NCBI GenBank assembly: GCA_050250645.1
Contig: JBFWOG010000001.1
Location: 335,274-399,273, forward strand
DNA length: 64,000 nt
Direction of reading: 5' to 3'
From: Vicinamibacterales bacterium
GTDB taxonomy: Bacteria; Acidobacteriota; Vicinamibacteria; Vicinamibacterales; UBA2999
The notes beneath the pieces were generated by a model. It made no database searches and had not been told where the DNA came from. It saw nothing but the letters and a program-made list of their open reading frames with translations. This document shows, one piece after another, positions 17,531-26,174 of the stretch (the first letter of the stretch is position 1; each line of letters opens with the position of its first letter). Made by a program: the position numbers and the translations under genes.

Positions 17531-19248
17531 GTAGACTCGCGCTCGTCCTCATCGCGCTCGCGCTGCTCGCCGTCGCGGCCGTCGTGGCCGGCCGCCGGCT
17601 CGCGCCGCCCCCGGCCGAAGCCGTCGCGGCCGCCTCCTGGCCCCCCGGTCGCGCCGAGGTGCGCGGCGCGTATCACGTGCACTCGCGGCTGTCCGACGGC
17701 ACGGGCACGCGGGCGGAGATCGCGGCGGCCGCGGCACGCGCGGGCCTCGACTTCGTCATCCTCACCGACCACGGCAACGCCCTGCGGCGCGCCGACCCCC
17801 CGGCGTACCTCGACGGTGTCCTCGTCGCCGATGGCGTCGAGATCAGCACGTCCGGCGGGCACTACGTCGCGCTCGGGCTGGACCGGCCCGCGCCGTACCC
17901 GCTGGCCGGCGCGCCGCGCGCGGTCGTCGAGGACGTCCGCCGCCTGGGTGGCTTCGGCATCGCCGCGCACCCGGACTCGGCGAAGGCCGCGCTCGCGTGG
18001 CGCGGCTGGGACCTGCCGTTCGACGGCCTCGAGTGGCTGAACGCCGACAGCGCGTGGCGCGACGAGCTGCTGGCCGGCCTCGGCCGCATCCTGCTGACCT
18101 ATCCCGTCCGCCCGGTCGAGACGCTGGCGTCGATCCTCGACAGGCCTGTGGCGGAACTCGACCGGTGGGATCGGCTGACGGCGACCCGCCGGGTGCCGGC
18201 GCTCGCCGGCGCCGACGCGCATGCGCGCCTCGGCTACCGGGAGGGGCAGGACCCGTACGAGGACCGGGTCCTCGCGCGGGTGCCCCCCTACGACGTGTCG
18301 TTCCGCGCGTTCAGTAACCACGTGCTGCTCGAGCGCCCCTGGACGGGAGACGCGGCGGAGGACTGGGCGCTGCTGCTCGACGGCATCGAGCGGGGCCGGG
18401 TGTACACGTCAATCGACGGCCGGGCCGCGCCGGGCCGCCTCGACTTCGTCGCCCGCTCGGGCGCGGGCGCCGCCTGGATGGGGGACTACCTGGCGCCGGC
18501 CGGCCCGGTGACGCTCGACGCCCGGGTCCAGGCGCCGCCGGGAACGACGCTGGTGCTGCTGCGCGACGGCGCGCCGGTCTACGACACACGCGAGAACGAG
18601 TTGCGCATCGACGTCGGCTCCGAGCCGGCGGCCTACCGGATGGAGGCGCGGCTGCCCGGGGATACCGGCGCGCCCTGGCTGCTGAGCAACCCCATCTACG
18701 TCGGCCTCGAGCCGCGGCACCTCGCGGCCGCGGCCGACGCGAGCGCGCCGCCGCCGGCGGCGACCACGCGCACCCCGGTGGCGACGAGCGCCTGGGTGGC
18801 CGAGGCGAGTGACGGATCGTCGAGTTCGCTCGGGCCGGGCCGGCTCGACGACGGCACGCCGGCCCTCGAGTGGCGCTACGCGCTCGGCGGCGACCGCGCG
18901 ACAGCGCCGTATGCCGCGATGCTGTTCCCGGTGGACGGGGCCCTGCCCGGGCACGACCGGCTCCGGATCCGGGCCCGGGCGTCGCGGCCCATGCGGGCGT
19001 GGGTGCAGGTCCGCGCGCGCGACGCCGCCGGCGGCCGGCGCTGGGGCGCCTCCTTCTACCTGGACGGCGAGCTGAGCGAGCAGGACGTCTTCTTCGCCGG
19101 CCTCGCGCCCCTCGACGGCCAGGCCGACGCGAGCCCGGACCTCGCCGCCATCGACGCCCTCCTCATCGTGGTCGACACCGTGAACACCCTCCCGGGCACC
19201 GCGGGCACGATCCAGATAGGAGAGCTCTGGCTCGAAGGGGGCCGCTGA
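17470..19248 (+). CDS. PHP-domain metallohydrolase (CehA/McbA-like) with a large C-terminal domain
   Basis: PHP motif YHVHSRLSDGTG...DFVILTDHGN plus HPDS and DAHA motifs. The first 18 codons (SSVAPVAPVAPLASLAS) are encoded by repeat A, so the real start may be GTG 17524 (VARRLALVLIALALLAV, a signal/TM segment). Confidence 0.65.
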   Translation: MSSVAPVAPVAPLASLASVARRLALVLIALALLAVAAVVAGRRLAPPPAEAVAAASWPPGRAEVRGAYHVHSRLSDGTGTRAEIAAAAARAGLDFVILTDHGNALRRADPPAYLDGVLVADGVEISTSGGHYVALGLDRPAPYPLAGAPRAVVEDVRRLGGFGIAAHPDSAKAALAWRGWDLPFDGLEWLNADSAWRDELLAGLGRILLTYPVRPVETLASILDRPVAELDRWDRLTATRRVPALAGADAHARLGYREGQDPYEDRVLARVPPYDVSFRAFSNHVLLERPWTGDAAEDWALLLDGIERGRVYTSIDGRAAPGRLDFVARSGAGAAWMGDYLAPAGPVTLDARVQAPPGTTLVLLRDGAPVYDTRENELRIDVGSEPAAYRMEARLPGDTGAPWLLSNPIYVGLEPRHLAAAADASAPPPAATTRTPVATSAWVAEASDGSSSSLGPGRLDDGTPALEWRYALGGDRATAPYAAMLFPVDGALPGHDRLRIRARASRPMRAWVQVRARDAAGGRRWGASFYLDGELSEQDVFFAGLAPLDGQADASPDLAAIDALLIVVDTVNTLPGTAGTIQIGELWLEGGR

Positions 19249-19333
19249 GGAATCAAGAATCAAGAAGTAAGAATCAAGAAACGAAGACCGGTGAACAGCA
19301 TTTCTTGATTCTTGATTCTAGATTCTTGATTCC
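19249..19333. repeat. AT-rich long hairpin of AAGAATC heptamer units (element B)
   Basis: Arms are GGAATCAAGAATCAAGAAGTAAGAATCAAGAAA (19249-19281) and TTTCTTGATTCTTGATTCTAGATTCTTGATTCC (19301-19333). About 30 of 33 positions are complementary, with a 19-nt loop. It lies between convergent genes. Confidence 0.85.
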
Positions 19334-19344
19334 TCACTCCGTCA

Positions 19345-19560
19345 TCACTTCCTGGCTCCTATCCGGTTCGCGATCTCCCAGATGAGCAGGGAGATGCCGG
19401 TGCCCAGGGAGGCGCCGGCGAGCCCCATGTAGACGAGGGCGTTGCGGACCTCCACCGAGCCGTAGCCGGCGGTGACCAGCGAGTCCATCAGGTCCTTGAG
19501 GCCGAGGGCGGAGCCCACCAGGCCGATGATGGTCAGCGCGACCGCCGTCGCCATCAGCAT
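19345..19560 (-). CDS. Small hypothetical membrane protein (two predicted TM helices)
   Basis: 71 aa: MLMATAVALTIIGLVGSALGL...ALVYMGLAGASLGTGISLLIWEIANRIGARK. It is the only non-shadow part of the 1131-aa ORF and lies 29 bp downstream of lptFG on the same strand. Confidence 0.4.
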   Translation of the reverse strand: MLMATAVALTIIGLVGSALGLKDLMDSLVTAGYGSVEVRNALVYMGLAGASLGTGISLLIWEIANRIGARK

Positions 19561-19589
19561 GTGGGAGCCGAAGCTGCGCTCGCCGGCGC

Positions 19590-21977
19590 TCACGTCCGCA
19601 CCGTCAGGAGCAGGTAGAGGGCCACGGCGCCGAACAGCAGGTTGGGTGCCCAGGCCGCCAGCCACGGCGCCATCAGGCCGCCGGCGCCGAACGCGGCGAA
19701 GACGCTGATCATCGTCCAGTAGACGAGCGCGAGCACGATGCCGACGCCGACGCCGTACATCGCTCCGCGCCGGCCGGTCGTGACCGCGAACGGGACGGCG
19801 ATGAGCGTCATGACGAGGGTCACGAGCGGGAAGGCGAGCTTGCGTTGCAGGGCGACCTCCTTGCCGAGCACGTTGTAGCCGCTGGCGCTCAGCTCGTCGA
19901 TGTAGCGCTTGAGCTGGGCGTAGTTCATCCGGTCGGGCTCCGGTGCCTCGGTCACGAAGTAGTCCGCCGGCTCGAGCGCGAGGCGGCGCGTGTCGAACGG
20001 CGTGAACCGGGGAGCCTCGGCGCCGGCGGGGAAGTCGCGAATCCAGCCGCCGCCGGTCGCCTCCCACGCCGTGGACGGGTCGCCCGCGCCGGAGGCCGGC
20101 TGCCAGGTGGCGCGCGTCGCGTAGACCCGCCGGCTGAGCGCGTGGGTCTCCGGGGCGAACTGGAACACCGACAGCCCGTTCAGCTCCCGCAGCCGGGGGT
20201 CGAAATACTGGTAGTGGTAGATCGCGCCGTCGCGCCCGACCAGCCACTTGCGGTTCAGGACGTCGAAGGTCTGGGGCGAGCCCCCGCGAATGACGTGCCG
20301 GAGCTGCTCGGCCCGCCGGTTCGACACCGCCAGGACCCGCTCCTCGAGGCCGAACAGCGTGGCGCTCGCCAGGATCGCGAAGACCAGCAGCGGCACCGCC
20401 GTGCGGTAGAGGCTGATCCCGCACGCCCGCATCACGATGAGCTCGCTGTTCTTCGTCAGCAGGCCGATGGTGACGAGCGCCGAGAGGAGCACCGCGATGG
20501 CGATGATGTAGTAGAGGAACTGCGGCGTCGCCCACGCCAGGTACGACAGCAGCATCGCCGCCGTCGTCTCGCCCTTGAAGAGCTTGTCGGACAGGTCGAT
20601 GAAGGTGGAGATGTAGAAGAGGCCGGCCATGCCGAGCGCGGCCATCCCGAGAATCCGCAGGTAGAGCTTGCCGACGTAGATGTCGAGCAGGTTCGGACGC
20701 CAGAGGTTGAACTGCGGGACCCGGATGACGAGCACGACCCGGCGGCGGCCGGCGGCGGCGCCGGGGCGCGCCGGCCCGGCCACGGCGGGCGCCGGGACCT
20801 CCGCCTCGGAACCGCGCCGCGCGAGCCGGGTAAGCCAGGCGGGGAGGGCGGGCAGCGCGATACGGATGGGCTGGTCGGCGCTGCGGCTCCGTGACGCCAG
20901 CAGGAGGACCCCGACCCCGCCCAGCACCACGTTCGGAATCCACATGGCCAGCCAGGCGGGCACCATCTGCCCCTTCGTCATCGACTGGGCCGTGAACATG
21001 ACGACGTAGTAGGCGAAGATGACCCCGATCCCCAGGACGAAGCTCGCCAGCTTGCCGTCCTTCCGGTTCGTGAGGCCGAGCCCGAATCCGACGAGCCCGA
21101 AGACGAGACAGGCGACCGGGATGGAGAACTTCTTGTGGATCTCCATGACCTGGTTGTGGGGCGAGATGCCCTGGGCCTCGAACTCGGCAATGCGCGCCCG
21201 GAGCTCGGCAATGGACAGCTCGCGGTCGCCGCGGGCCGGGCCCTCCCGGGGGAAGACCGAGGTCGGGTCCAGCGTCACGATCATGCTGTCGAACCGCAGC
21301 ACCTCGTAGGCCGACGCATCGTCGAGCCGTGTCGTGTGGCGCGCCCCGTCCTGGAGCGCCATGTGGATCGTCTTGGCCTCCCGGTCCACGACCATCCGGC
21401 CCCGGCGGGCGACGTACAGGACCGGCTGGTTCGGGATGCGGGTGTCGGCCGCGACCACGTCCTCCCAGCCGGCGCCGCCAGCCGCGACCTCGCCGACGTA
21501 CAGGACGATGTTCGGGAAGTCCTCGAAGAAGACGCGGGGGCGCACCTCCTGCTCGGCCCGGTCCTGGACGATCCGGAGGGTGGTCTCCCGGAACGACTGG
21601 TTGGCGTCGGGGATGGCGTCGAGCATGACCCAGGCCGTGGCTGCGCAGGCCACCGCCGCCAGGATGGCAATCGGCCGGAGCAGCCGGAAGGGGCTGACGC
21701 CGCAGGCCATCATGACGACCGTCTCGCGGTCGCTCGAGAGCCGCCCGAGGGCGACCAGGATCCCGATGAGGAGCGCCATCGGGATGGTGAGCCCGAGCGC
21801 CTGCGGCAGCAGGGTCACCATCAGCACGAGCAGGGTCTGCCACGGGACGCCCTTGGCGATCATCTGCTCGGCGAGGTCGATGATGAACGGGATGATGAGG
21901 ATGAAGGTGAAGACCAGCAGCGCGATCAGGAACGGCGGGATGATCTCCCTGATGATGTAGCGGTCGAGGGTGCGCAT
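19590..21977 (-). CDS. Fused LptF-LptG LPS export permease (two YjgP/YjgQ modules in one polypeptide)
   Basis: Module 1 is MRTLDRYIIREIIPPFLIALLVFTFILII...SSDRETVVMMACGVSPFRLL. Module 2 is LLDIYVGKLYLRILGMAALGMAGLFYI...KNSELIVMRACGISLYRTAV. There is no stop between the modules. The start is taken at 21977. Confidence 0.8.
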   Translation of the reverse strand: MRTLDRYIIREIIPPFLIALLVFTFILIIPFIIDLAEQMIAKGVPWQTLLVLMVTLLPQALGLTIPMALLIGILVALGRLSSDRETVVMMACGVSPFRLLRPIAILAAVACAATAWVMLDAIPDANQSFRETTLRIVQDRAEQEVRPRVFFEDFPNIVLYVGEVAAGGAGWEDVVAADTRIPNQPVLYVARRGRMVVDREAKTIHMALQDGARHTTRLDDASAYEVLRFDSMIVTLDPTSVFPREGPARGDRELSIAELRARIAEFEAQGISPHNQVMEIHKKFSIPVACLVFGLVGFGLGLTNRKDGKLASFVLGIGVIFAYYVVMFTAQSMTKGQMVPAWLAMWIPNVVLGGVGVLLLASRSRSADQPIRIALPALPAWLTRLARRGSEAEVPAPAVAGPARPGAAAGRRRVVLVIRVPQFNLWRPNLLDIYVGKLYLRILGMAALGMAGLFYISTFIDLSDKLFKGETTAAMLLSYLAWATPQFLYYIIAIAVLLSALVTIGLLTKNSELIVMRACGISLYRTAVPLLVFAILASATLFGLEERVLAVSNRRAEQLRHVIRGGSPQTFDVLNRKWLVGRDGAIYHYQYFDPRLRELNGLSVFQFAPETHALSRRVYATRATWQPASGAGDPSTAWEATGGGWIRDFPAGAEAPRFTPFDTRRLALEPADYFVTEAPEPDRMNYAQLKRYIDELSASGYNVLGKEVALQRKLAFPLVTLVMTLIAVPFAVTTGRRGAMYGVGVGIVLALVYWTMISVFAAFGAGGLMAPWLAAWAPNLLFGAVALYLLLTVRT

Positions 21978-22331
21978 GCGGTCTCGCACCATTATGCCGT
22001 GCGGCCGCGCCAGCACCAACCGCGGCCGGCGCCAACCGCGGCGCCTGCCAGCCGGCGCGGCGTTCGCTGGCCGCCGCCAGGGACCGATGCCGCCGGCGCC
22101 GAGGCCCGTCCTGGGCTAGGGCAAGAGCCCCCAGAACATTGCGCGATCCATCAACAGGCGCCTTGCGTTGCCTTTTTTCATTGGGTCTGATAATACATGT
22201 TATGTTAACTAATCTCGTCCGGACGGATGAAATATGGCCGTCAATGCCTCGAAGTCCGGGGCGTCCGCGACGGCCGCTTCCCCCCGTGTGCCGCGCGCCG
22301 GAGCCGTCGCCCGGTTCCGGCGCGTGGCGGT

Positions 22332-23156
22332 CTACTTCGCGTTGCGGAGTTCTTCGAGGATGCTCTCGAGGGTCGAGATGATCTCGTCCTTCGAGGCGTT
22401 CTTCTTGCTGAAGCTGAGACGCAGGCTGAACGCCTTGCTCGGCGGGCGGAAGTTGAACGTGTAGGCCTTCGGACGTCCCGGCTTGGCCTTCTGCGCCTGC
22501 TGGCGGACCTGCTCGCGGGTGGCGCCGCCGCCGGCCTTGGCAATCTTCTCGACGAGCGCGAGCATCTTCTGCGGGTCGCCCTGGCGGACCACCTGCAGGA
22601 GGACCGACTTGGTGTTGATCCCGGCGAGCCGGCAGACCTTGCGGACGTCGCCCGGCATCTGGTTGAGGGCGAGTGACTCGGTAATCGCCGTGCGCGACTT
22701 CCCCAGGCGCTTCGCGAGGTCCTCGTGGGTGTAGCCGCACTTGTGCGCGAGGCTGTGGAGCGCCTCGGCCTCTTCGAAGGCGGTCAGGTCCTTGCGCTGG
22801 ATGTTCTCGACGAGCGCGAGCTCCAGCATCTCGGTGTCGTCCACGTCGCGGACGACCGCCGGCAGCTCGTGGAGGCCGGCCTGGACGGCGGCCTGGTAGC
22901 GGCGCTCGCCGGCGATGATCTGGTAGCGCTGGCCGCGCTGGCGGACGACGAGCGGCTCGATGATCCCCTTCTCGCCGATGGATGCAATCAGCTCCGACAG
23001 GTCGCCCATGGCCTGGCGCGGCTGGTCGGGATTGGGGTCGATCTGCTCGATGGGGACGACGCGGCCGATGGGGGTCGCGGCCGAGGCGGCCAGCGTCTCC
23101 ACGTAGTGGGCGTCGTGACGCATCCGGAGGGTCGTGGGCAGGCCTCGCTTAGCCAC
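22332..23156 (-). CDS. parB: Chromosome partitioning protein ParB
   Basis: IEQIDPNPDQPRQ, IIEPLVVRQ and IIAGERRYQAA motifs plus an HTH. 8-nt overlap with parA. Confidence 0.9.
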   Translation of the reverse strand: MAKRGLPTTLRMRHDAHYVETLAASAATPIGRVVPIEQIDPNPDQPRQAMGDLSELIASIGEKGIIEPLVVRQRGQRYQIIAGERRYQAAVQAGLHELPAVVRDVDDTEMLELALVENIQRKDLTAFEEAEALHSLAHKCGYTHEDLAKRLGKSRTAITESLALNQMPGDVRKVCRLAGINTKSVLLQVVRQGDPQKMLALVEKIAKAGGGATREQVRQQAQKAKPGRPKAYTFNFRPPSKAFSLRLSFSKKNASKDEIISTLESILEELRNAK

Positions 23157-23904
23157 GGTCGATGACCTCCTCGCTCAAGCGGTAGTACTCGGTGGCGCCG
23201 CTCGAGTCCGGCGCGAAGGTGAAGATGGACTCCCGGTAGGCCGGGCTTTCCTCGAGCCGGACGCTCTTGCTGATCACGGTCTTGAACACCTTGTCGCCGA
23301 AGACCCGCTCGATCTGCTCGCGGATGTCACGGCCGAGCGACGTGCGCTTGTCGTGCATGGTGATGACGACGCCCAGGATCCGCAGCTCCGGGTTCGGGCG
23401 CTGGCGGACCTTCTCGATGGTCTCGAGGAGGTCGTCGGTGCCCTCCAGGGCGAAGTAGGAGGACTGGATCGGGATGAGCAGGTGCGTGGCGGCCACGAGG
23501 GCGTTGACCGTGAGCAGGCCGAGCGCCGGGGGGCAGTCGATGACGACCTGGGGGAACCGCTCCCGGAGCGGGGCGAGTTCGTCCTTGAGGCGGAACGGGG
23601 CGTCGAGCTCCCCTGTCATCCGTGCCTCGAGCTTGGCCAGGGCGATGCGGCCCGGGGCCACGAAGAGGTTCTCGATCGACGTGGGCAGCACGATGTCGGG
23701 CACGTGCACGGCGGGGTCGACGAGCACGTCGTACATCGAGCGCTCGACCTCGCGGAGGTCGACGTACGACATGGTGCTGTTGGCCTGTGGGTCCAGGTCG
23801 ATGAGCAGCGTGGGCCTGCCGCGCATGGCCAGCGCCGCCGCGAGATTGATGGCCGTCGTCGTCTTTCCGACGCCGCCCTTTTGGTTGGCGATAGCGAGAA
23901 TCAT
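23149..23904 (-). CDS. parA: Chromosome partitioning ATPase ParA/Soj
   Basis: Deviant Walker A MILAIANQKGGVGKTTTAINLAAAL. 251 aa. Confidence 0.9.
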   Translation of the reverse strand: MILAIANQKGGVGKTTTAINLAAALAMRGRPTLLIDLDPQANSTMSYVDLREVERSMYDVLVDPAVHVPDIVLPTSIENLFVAPGRIALAKLEARMTGELDAPFRLKDELAPLRERFPQVVIDCPPALGLLTVNALVAATHLLIPIQSSYFALEGTDDLLETIEKVRQRPNPELRILGVVITMHDKRTSLGRDIREQIERVFGDKVFKTVISKSVRLEESPAYRESIFTFAPDSSGATEYYRLSEEVIDRG

Positions 23905-24053
23905 CGGCAGGTGCTGGGTGTCGGCATTCTAGGGTCGTGGGTGGCGGCGGTCAAGGCGACGACGTCGGCCGGGACGCGGACGACGGGAAATTGTTGCGGA
24001 CAACTGGTTGCAGACGAGTGAGTTAGGGGAATTGTCGGCCGGCAGACAATCAT

Positions 24054-24225
24054 CAAATCTCAGATTGCAGATTGAAGATTGCAGATTGAGACGGCCTCGG
24101 AACGCGGGCACCGGGCGATGCTGTCAATCCGGCCGTTCCAGGGGGCTGGCCCACTGACCGACCCCGCGCGCATTCGAGTGAGGGCCCCGCAATCTTCAAT
24201 CTGAGATCTGCAATCTTACATCTTG
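24054..24225. repeat. Inverted heptamer-repeat arms enclosing a ~98-bp GC-rich insert (element C)
   Basis: Left arm is CAAATCTCAGATTGCAGATTGAAGATTGCAGATTGAG (24054-24090). Right arm is GCAATCTTCAATCTGAGATCTGCAATCTTACATCTTG (24189-24225). The right arm contains the TAA stop and last codons of the downstream-strand gene. Confidence 0.8.
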
Positions 24226-24701
24226 TACTTGCCCATGTCGTCCGGGTCGAGCGACTCGAGCCACTGCTGCAGCCGGTCTGCGTCCTGCTTCTCGTTGGTG
24301 AAGTCCACGGTCTTCGCGTTGTCGATCACCGACTCGTCCACCAGGATCGGCGCCCGCGTCCGGAGGGCCAGCGCGATGGCGTCGCTCGGCCGCGCGTCGA
24401 CCGCCACGGGGCCACCGGCGGTCTGCAGGTGGATGCGCGCGTAGAAGGTGTTGTCCTGGAGGTCGCAGACGACGATCTTCTCGACCGCCGCCCGGAGGTC
24501 CTGGATGACGTTGCGGAGCAGGTCGTGGGTCATCGGCCGCGGCGGCTGCACGTTCTCGATCTGGAGTGCGATGGCGTTGGCCTCGAACACGCCCACCCAG
24601 ATCGGCAGCACCTTCTCCCCCGCCTCGTCGCGCAGGATGATGATGGGCATGTTGGTGATGGGGTCCACCATCAGCCCCTTGATGGTCATCTCGATCAACA
24701 T
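24216..24701 (-). CDS. Bifunctional nuclease domain (DUF151/BFN) protein
   Basis: 161 aa: MLIEMTIKGLMVDPITNMPIIILRDEAGEKVLPIWVGVFEANAIA...RPMTHDLL...ARPSDAIALALR is the BFN domain signature. It is the 3' portion of the 540-aa ORF. Confidence 0.75.
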   Translation of the reverse strand: MLIEMTIKGLMVDPITNMPIIILRDEAGEKVLPIWVGVFEANAIALQIENVQPPRPMTHDLLRNVIQDLRAAVEKIVVCDLQDNTFYARIHLQTAGGPVAVDARPSDAIALALRTRAPILVDESVIDNAKTVDFTNEKQDADRLQQWLESLDPDDMGKYKM

Positions 24702-24736
24702 CGCGCTCCCGTCCGTCCCCGGCCCGCTGCCGGGGC

Positions 24737-26077
24737 TCACTGCTCCGCCGCCGCCGGCCGGCCCCACAGGCTGTGGGGACCCGCCCGCTCGACGTCGACC
24801 CGCACCAGGCGGCCCAGCCACGACGGGTCGCCCGGAAAGTTCACCACCGTGTTCCCCGTCGTCCGCCCCGACAGCTCCCAGTCGCGGCGCCGGCTCGTCG
24901 CGTCCACCAGCACCTCGACCCGCTGGCCGACCGCCCGCTCGTGGAGGGCGTGCTGGATGCGCCGCTGCATCCGCTGCAGGGCCGTGATGCGCCGCGTCTT
25001 GTCCGCCTCGCTCACGTCGTCCGGCATGCGCCGGGACGCGAGGGTGTTCGGCCGCTCCGAATACTTGAACGAGAACATGCTGTGGTAGCCCACGGCCTCG
25101 GTCAGGCTCAGCGTGTCCGCGAAGTCGGCCTCCGTCTCCCCCGGGAAGCCAACGATCATATCGGTCGATAGCTGCAGGTTCGGGATAGCCGCGCGCAGCT
25201 TCCCGACGAGCTCGAGATAGTCCTCCCGGGTGTGCCGGCGCCGCATGCGGGCGAGCACCGCGTTCGACCCGGACTGCACCGGCAGGTGGACGTGCTTGGC
25301 CACCCGTGGCAGGTCGCGGATGGCGGCAATCAACCGGTCGGAGGCGTGCCGCGGATGGGGGCTCGCGAAGCGGATCCGCTCCACGCCGGGCACCTCGTGC
25401 ACGGCCTCGAGGAGGGCCGCGAAGTCGCACGCCGGGTCGTCGGGCGCCTGGTAGTGGTTCACGATCTGCCCGAGCAGCTGGATCTCCTTCTGCCCCGCTG
25501 CCACCGCCCGCCGGGTGTCCTCGAGGATCTCCGCCTTCGACCGCATGCGCTCGTGCCCCCTGGTGTACGGGACGACGCAGAAGGCGCAGAAGTCGTTGCA
25601 GCCCTCGATGATGGTGACGTAGGCCTTGACCGGATCGCCGCGGCGCATCAGGCCGAGCGGGAACGAAGGCTCGTCGTACGGGGTGCTGATGTCGACGAGG
25701 GGCTGGCGGGCGGCGGCCGGCGTCGTGCGCGCCTCCTCGACGAGCAGGGGCAGCATCTTCACGCGCTGGGTGCCGACGACGACGTCGATCAGGTTGGAGC
25801 GTCCGAGGAGCTTGTCGCCCTCCTGCTGGGCGACGCACCCGGCCACCGCCACCATGGGTTCGCGACCGGCCTGCCGGGCGGCCCAGCGGATCTCGTCCAG
25901 GCGGTGGTACAGCTTGTCCTCCGCCTTCTCGCGCACGCTGCAGGTGTTGATGACCACGAGGTCGGCATCCGCCTGCTCCTCGGCCCGGTCGTAGCCCGAG
26001 GCCTCCAGGAGCCCGGCCATCCGCTCCGAGTCGTGGACGTTCATCTGGCAGCCGTAGGTCTCGATGAAGTACTTCAT
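24737..26077 (-). CDS. miaB: tRNA-2-methylthio-N6-dimethylallyladenosine synthase
   Basis: MKYFIETYGCQMNVHDSE N-terminus, radical-SAM CNDFCAFCVVP motif and a TRAM C-terminus. The start is taken at 26077. Confidence 0.9.
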   Translation of the reverse strand: MKYFIETYGCQMNVHDSERMAGLLEASGYDRAEEQADADLVVINTCSVREKAEDKLYHRLDEIRWAARQAGREPMVAVAGCVAQQEGDKLLGRSNLIDVVVGTQRVKMLPLLVEEARTTPAAARQPLVDISTPYDEPSFPLGLMRRGDPVKAYVTIIEGCNDFCAFCVVPYTRGHERMRSKAEILEDTRRAVAAGQKEIQLLGQIVNHYQAPDDPACDFAALLEAVHEVPGVERIRFASPHPRHASDRLIAAIRDLPRVAKHVHLPVQSGSNAVLARMRRRHTREDYLELVGKLRAAIPNLQLSTDMIVGFPGETEADFADTLSLTEAVGYHSMFSFKYSERPNTLASRRMPDDVSEADKTRRITALQRMQRRIQHALHERAVGQRVEVLVDATSRRRDWELSGRTTGNTVVNFPGDPSWLGRLVRVDVERAGPHSLWGRPAAAEQ

Positions 26078-26113
26078 TGGGGATCGTTGATTTTGCGAGC
26101 GTCTGATAATCCG

Positions 26114-26131
26114 ATGTCGGAACGCCGACAT
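26114..26131 (-). terminator. Short hairpin downstream of recN (possible terminator, no U-tract)
   Basis: ATGTCGG-AACG-CCGACAT, a perfect 7-bp stem 44 bp after the recN stop. It is followed on the minus strand by CGGATTATCAG rather than a T-run. Confidence 0.3.
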
Positions 26132-26174
26132 TGTCAATCCGGATCGAGAAGGTCGCCGCCGGGTGGAACGCGCC

